From Trichoplax adhaerens (taxonomy: Eukaryota > Animalia > Placozoa): 64,000 nucleotides of DNA. Positions within the stretch are counted from its first letter, which is position 1. Each line of letters starts with the position of its first letter. This document shows, one piece after another, positions 59,701-64,000 of the stretch. The position numbers were made by a program, and so were the translations under genes. Below the pieces are notes generated by a model. The model did no database searches. It was not told the origin of the DNA and saw only the letters and a list, made by a program, of their open reading frames with translations. Location of the stretch: assembly GCF_000150275.1 (NCBI RefSeq), contig NW_002060966.1, positions 138,415 through 202,414 on the forward strand, read 5' to 3'.

Positions 59701-62033
59701 AAATTTCCTGTTCAACATAACACTAGCGCTAATTTAATGGTCCTACCCAATCGATTGTCGATGGACATTGATGGGCCATCAAACACGTGATCTAATGTCA
59801 GTTATTCTTCTATTTTTCAGGCCATTAGAAAATTGAATTTGATATTATGCTGGTTGCTATGGTATTAAATTTAAAATTTTAATCACTGCTACGGTGCTAA
59901 AAGAATGTCTATCGAGTAAAACCATCATATCATCCATATTGACTCTTATAGGTGTCAAAATTGATCATTATTTCACAGTTTAGAAAGAAAAAGATCAGAA
60001 TGATAGAATAAAAATATTGCTTTCCTTTCAGACAGTATCACACACAAATCATCATGGCATACAAAATCAAAGAAATAATGAGGGGTAACTATACTCTTTA
60101 GAGAGCCATGAATTAGCATTTTTAATGGTCTGATGGAGTGAGTATCTGGCAGAGTAATATTGATTACCGACAGCCTGATCGAAAGATAAATTAATTCGTT
60201 ACCATCTAGCTCACTGCTAAAGCGCTTTATGGCTAAAAATTAAACGCTGAAATCAAAGCCAAAAAAGTCAGCCGGTAGAGAGAAAGAAATAGGGAAATCA
60301 GTTTAAGCCTAGCGACATCAATTTGATCACGATGGTAAATTTCAATTTCAATTCTATCCTATTGCTATCAAGCTTAATAGCAAAGTAGAGTCTTTACGAA
60401 ATTAGCCAGACTTTAACAGAAAACAACCATTTCAGGTCATCAAATTAATCGAAAAGTAAGCGTAAGAATACAGATATTGTAGAATATAAAGTAGTAAGGC
60501 TGCAATCAATTAGTTGCCCTCCAATATTTGAAAGAAAAGAAAATTCCTCAAAAGAGTTAAAAGGAGCAATGCCGTTACTGTAGTTTGATAAGGACATTAT
60601 TTGTCTACAGTCTAATTATCGATGAAAGCTTTGAATTAGAAATTCCTAAAGGTCCATACTTGTGATCGTTTACGTGGCCATTCAATATCATAGATTAGAT
60701 GAAAGAATAAGAGTAACTGTCGAAAGTATTCCCCATGATTAATATATTGTAATCTTAACAAAGACACTAAAAACACTATTTATTCCGTGAGAATATGATT
60801 TCGATAGATGGTTCATCGAGGTCGAAAGCTGAAAAAGCAAAGTCGTTGTCACAATGATATCTTCTATCTTGTGGCTCTAATAAGCATTTCGTTCATCTTT
60901 ACTGTCATTGATAGATTGATCATAGAGTGTTCTTAAAATGAGGATGATTTATCTATTAAACGCAAATTGCTATGTCAGCATGTATAGCAGGCAGTTTACA
61001 TTGAGAAAAATTTGGATAAGGCCATATTAAAGAATCAAATAAAACGTTATGTTAATGAAAATTCTAGCAATAGCAGAGTTATCCTAGACTGGGGACTTGA
61101 CGGATAAGCTATTGAAATTCATCTAAAATAATATTTTTTACTTCAGAAATAAGACAATTTTTTAGCGAATTCAAGGGATAAAGAAGAACTCAATTGCAAA
61201 AGTATGGCGATCGTAGCTTGGATTACGTTACTAAAACTTCAATAAGTGACTCAGCATTGATTGTGGCTGCAACAGAAATATTGATAAAATAAAACTAAAA
61301 TTAAATTAGTTTGCTTCGATATAACTGGTGATAAAATTGCTACCATCATATTTTCCTTGTTCGATGGAATATTTATTTTATTATTTATTGATATTAGCAA
61401 TCGTTAGCATTGCCTTCAAGTTAGTACACACAATACCATGTAATTGGGCTATAAAAAAGCAAGAAAATTTTACGGATCCACCGTAAAACACACTATCATC
61501 TAAGGCAAACATATATTAGATTAGATAGAATAGTAAAGAAGACTAGTAGAAGACATGTCCATTTCGGTGGACAAGTCTTCATGTTATAACACGGAGCTAT
61601 GTTGCTCTACTTTATGCTATATTATTCATCTTGTATTCATTTAAGATAAGCGTAACTAACCAAAAACACTTTAGTCTACTTTGAAAACCAAAGTATTCGC
61701 TGCAACAACAGTCAATTTTGAATACGATGCTTTAATACATCAACGACATACTATTGAAGAAAACTACGGATATATAATTTGATGTATTCTTAAACGTATT
61801 TTATTACTAGCTTCTTGTATAAGTGTTACTACGAAGAATTAAGGAAAATTCTAGAACTTTGCTAATGTAACCCGAACTCAGTAAAGGTTACGTTTTACTA
61901 ATAGTTGTTAGCGACTACACAAGTAGATAATTTATATATTATCGAGTAAAATATTTCCTTGATATCCAATCTATTCAAAATCGATCTATGCCCACGTTCA
62001 ATATCAACAAATTAACGTAAATGAGAGTCTTCA

Positions 62034-62549
62034 TTACTGCAAGGCGCAGATAATTAAAGTAACTAGGACAAAAAGTACGTTATAGGTAAGAGTGCGGGGA
62101 GCTCCATTAGTCGTTGTGCCTGTAGGACATGCAACACCGCATGACAGCCATGATTGCTTGCCACAACACGTTGCAGAATTCATTGGCTCACAAATACCAG
62201 GATGAGATAATCCAGTTGTCATATTAGGTGCACTACCTTCAAGCCATATGCAATCAGGATCACCTAATTCAGCACCGTTTGTCTTGCCATCACCATCACT
62301 GTCCGCTTGACATAGTGCCATAGTCCATGTGCGGTTAGCATTGGCAAAAGCAACACCAAAAGGATTTCTTGCTCCACCACCAGCAGCAGCTTGATGACCA
62401 ACACCAGCCCAAATTGCATTGGATGAACTACATGGGTTAGGTACTCTTGCACCATTAGGAATTTTAGTTTGATAAGGTAGATATCCATAGATATCGGTAA
62501 TAGTGGTGAAAAAAACGATGGTAACCAACAAGTACGCGTATTTTGCCAT
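62034..62549 (-). CDS. Temptin-like cysteine-rich protein (171 aa) with signal peptide and probable GPI-anchor signal
   Basis: ATG at 62549 (the ORF track begins at an upstream non-ATG codon). Sequence includes YQTKIPNG..VPNPC..W.GVGH..GGGARNPFG..F...WT.ALC..DSDGDGKTNGAELGDPDC.W..G..P....LSHPG, the temptin-domain signature as recalled. The C-terminus is NGA followed by a hydrophobic tail with no cytosolic segment. A 5'UTR intron is likely at 62591-62724 (G|GTGAGT..TTGTTAG). Confidence 0.88.
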   Translation of the reverse strand: MAKYAYLLVTIVFFTTITDIYGYLPYQTKIPNGARVPNPCSSSNAIWAGVGHQAAAGGGARNPFGVAFANANRTWTMALCQADSDGDGKTNGAELGDPDCIWLEGSAPNMTTGLSHPGICEPMNSATCCGKQSWLSCGVACPTGTTTNGAPRTLTYNVLFVLVTLIICALQ

Positions 62550-64000
62550 GGTTAAAATTACTTTTGGGAGATTTACGATTTGTTCAGGGTCTAACAAAAA
62601 TTGAAATGATAAATATTAATAATAGCTTTATGAAGTGCTATAGAAAATAGTATTCAAACTCTAATAATAAATTATATTGAGTCTGTTCCATGAGGAAGAG
62701 AAAATGAGAAATTCTCCAACTCACCGTCAACGACTTTTTCCAATTTTGGGCTTTTCTGAGAATAATGAGTCTAGACCACAAGTAGCAACGGCTTATAATC
62801 GTTCAGCACGTAACCAGTGGCCTAGTCGATAGAATAATAGTATTGCCACCTATCGTACCCGGTATCAAGCTATAACATTGTTTAGTAAATCAATTAATCA
62901 AGTTTGAATGTATAGTTAATTTACACATGAGTCAGCAGGTCATTTTGCGATCAAGGTTTATCGGTATAAAATGCACTTCTTCAACCGCATGAATATGAAG
63001 GAAGTTCATTTAAAAGTAAACAATATCATCCATTGGAGAACAAATAAACTGCCCGATTGAGGAAGGATTCTTTACCAATCAGAAAGCGATGAAATGAATA
63101 CAATTTCAAGACTAATGCTTGATTGGCACCCAACAACGGCCATAATAAATATGAGATAGAAAAGAAATGCACTATTGTTGCTAGAAAATGATTCATGATT
63201 ATTATTTTTGGGGGATGATAAATATATAATTAGAGTATGCAGCATCCGAGTAACAAAACAGTACACTCACTGTGACATCATCCTTGATGACGATAAAAGG
63301 AATAATAGTATACAACACCTCGCCTTATCTTGATCATCCAGCAAACATCTTCATTATTAGCTTACCTGAATATCATGGTGGATCATATTAGTTAAGTAGG
63401 TCTACAGAGTATGATTAGGTAAGTTACAGTAATGAGCGCAATGCAATTTCCATCTATCCTATCGTGATAGAGAATTGGTCAAGCTTTCTAAGCTGCTAGT
63501 TTCCATTGGCGTAAATTAGTATTCGAAATTTCGTGTGACTTCTTTTAAGTTATCCATAAGCCGACCAGGTTAATAAACATATTGATCCATGCAAGGATGG
63601 ATTAATTAATTCATAGAACATGGATACGCATCTGTTTATCATGAGGTTTATACGTAGATGGCGTGGCTATGGACTTACAGCTATCGAATTATTATGGAAG
63701 GTTAAAAGCACGATGATAGCGCGTATTACACATTCTTTTGTTAGCGCTGAATGATATTTACTTGGATACTATTTTTGTGTACTAATATTGCCAAATTTTT
63801 AGACCGTAGTGAGTATTTCATTTAATACGTCGTGACTAGCATTTATAAGAACATGAAAGGGTTACAAATATGAGTCACTTTTAAGTTTCTTTTCGCCATA
63901 GCCATTCGCAAATTGCCTTTAAGGATGATTCCATGATCGAGAATTGTTTTAGCAGAGAGCTAAGAAGAGGAATTGAAATATCTTTTTATGCTAATGTTAC

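Noticed and set aside
63360-63372. cttacctg resembling the U1 snRNA 5' end
   Set aside because: No U1 body follows. It is the reverse complement of a splice donor.

Overview
Eukaryotic (metazoan) genomic DNA: AT-rich, compact, with many short GT-AG introns. Gene content and architecture fit a placozoan such as Trichoplax, but this is an inference and was not verified. From left to right: a spliced GINM1-like gene that the ORF track splits into fragments; four intronless cathepsin A-like (peptidase S10) paralogs, one on + and three in tandem on -; multi-exon NFXL1 (+); a UBE3A/E6AP-like HECT ligase (-) with an unresolved 5' end; multi-exon eIF5B (-); a temptin-like pseudogene (+); a GT10 alpha-1,3-fucosyltransferase with its tandem pseudogene (-); and an intact, probably GPI-anchored temptin-like gene (-). 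The most notable signals are (1) CLEAR/M-box (MiT/TFE) motifs 110-190 bp upstream of three cathepsin A paralogs, (2) gene-specific tandem arrays next to most 5' ends, including a 44-bp hairpin satellite and a 201-bp dimeric satellite whose most homogeneous copies face the promoter, (3) concerted disulfide and active-site changes in the three tandem cathepsin A paralogs, (4) a GINM1 homolog with no transmembrane segment, and (5) a membrane-tethered temptin. No rRNA, tRNA, CRISPR or autonomous transposon was recognised. All exon models and family calls were made by eye, from memory of the families.
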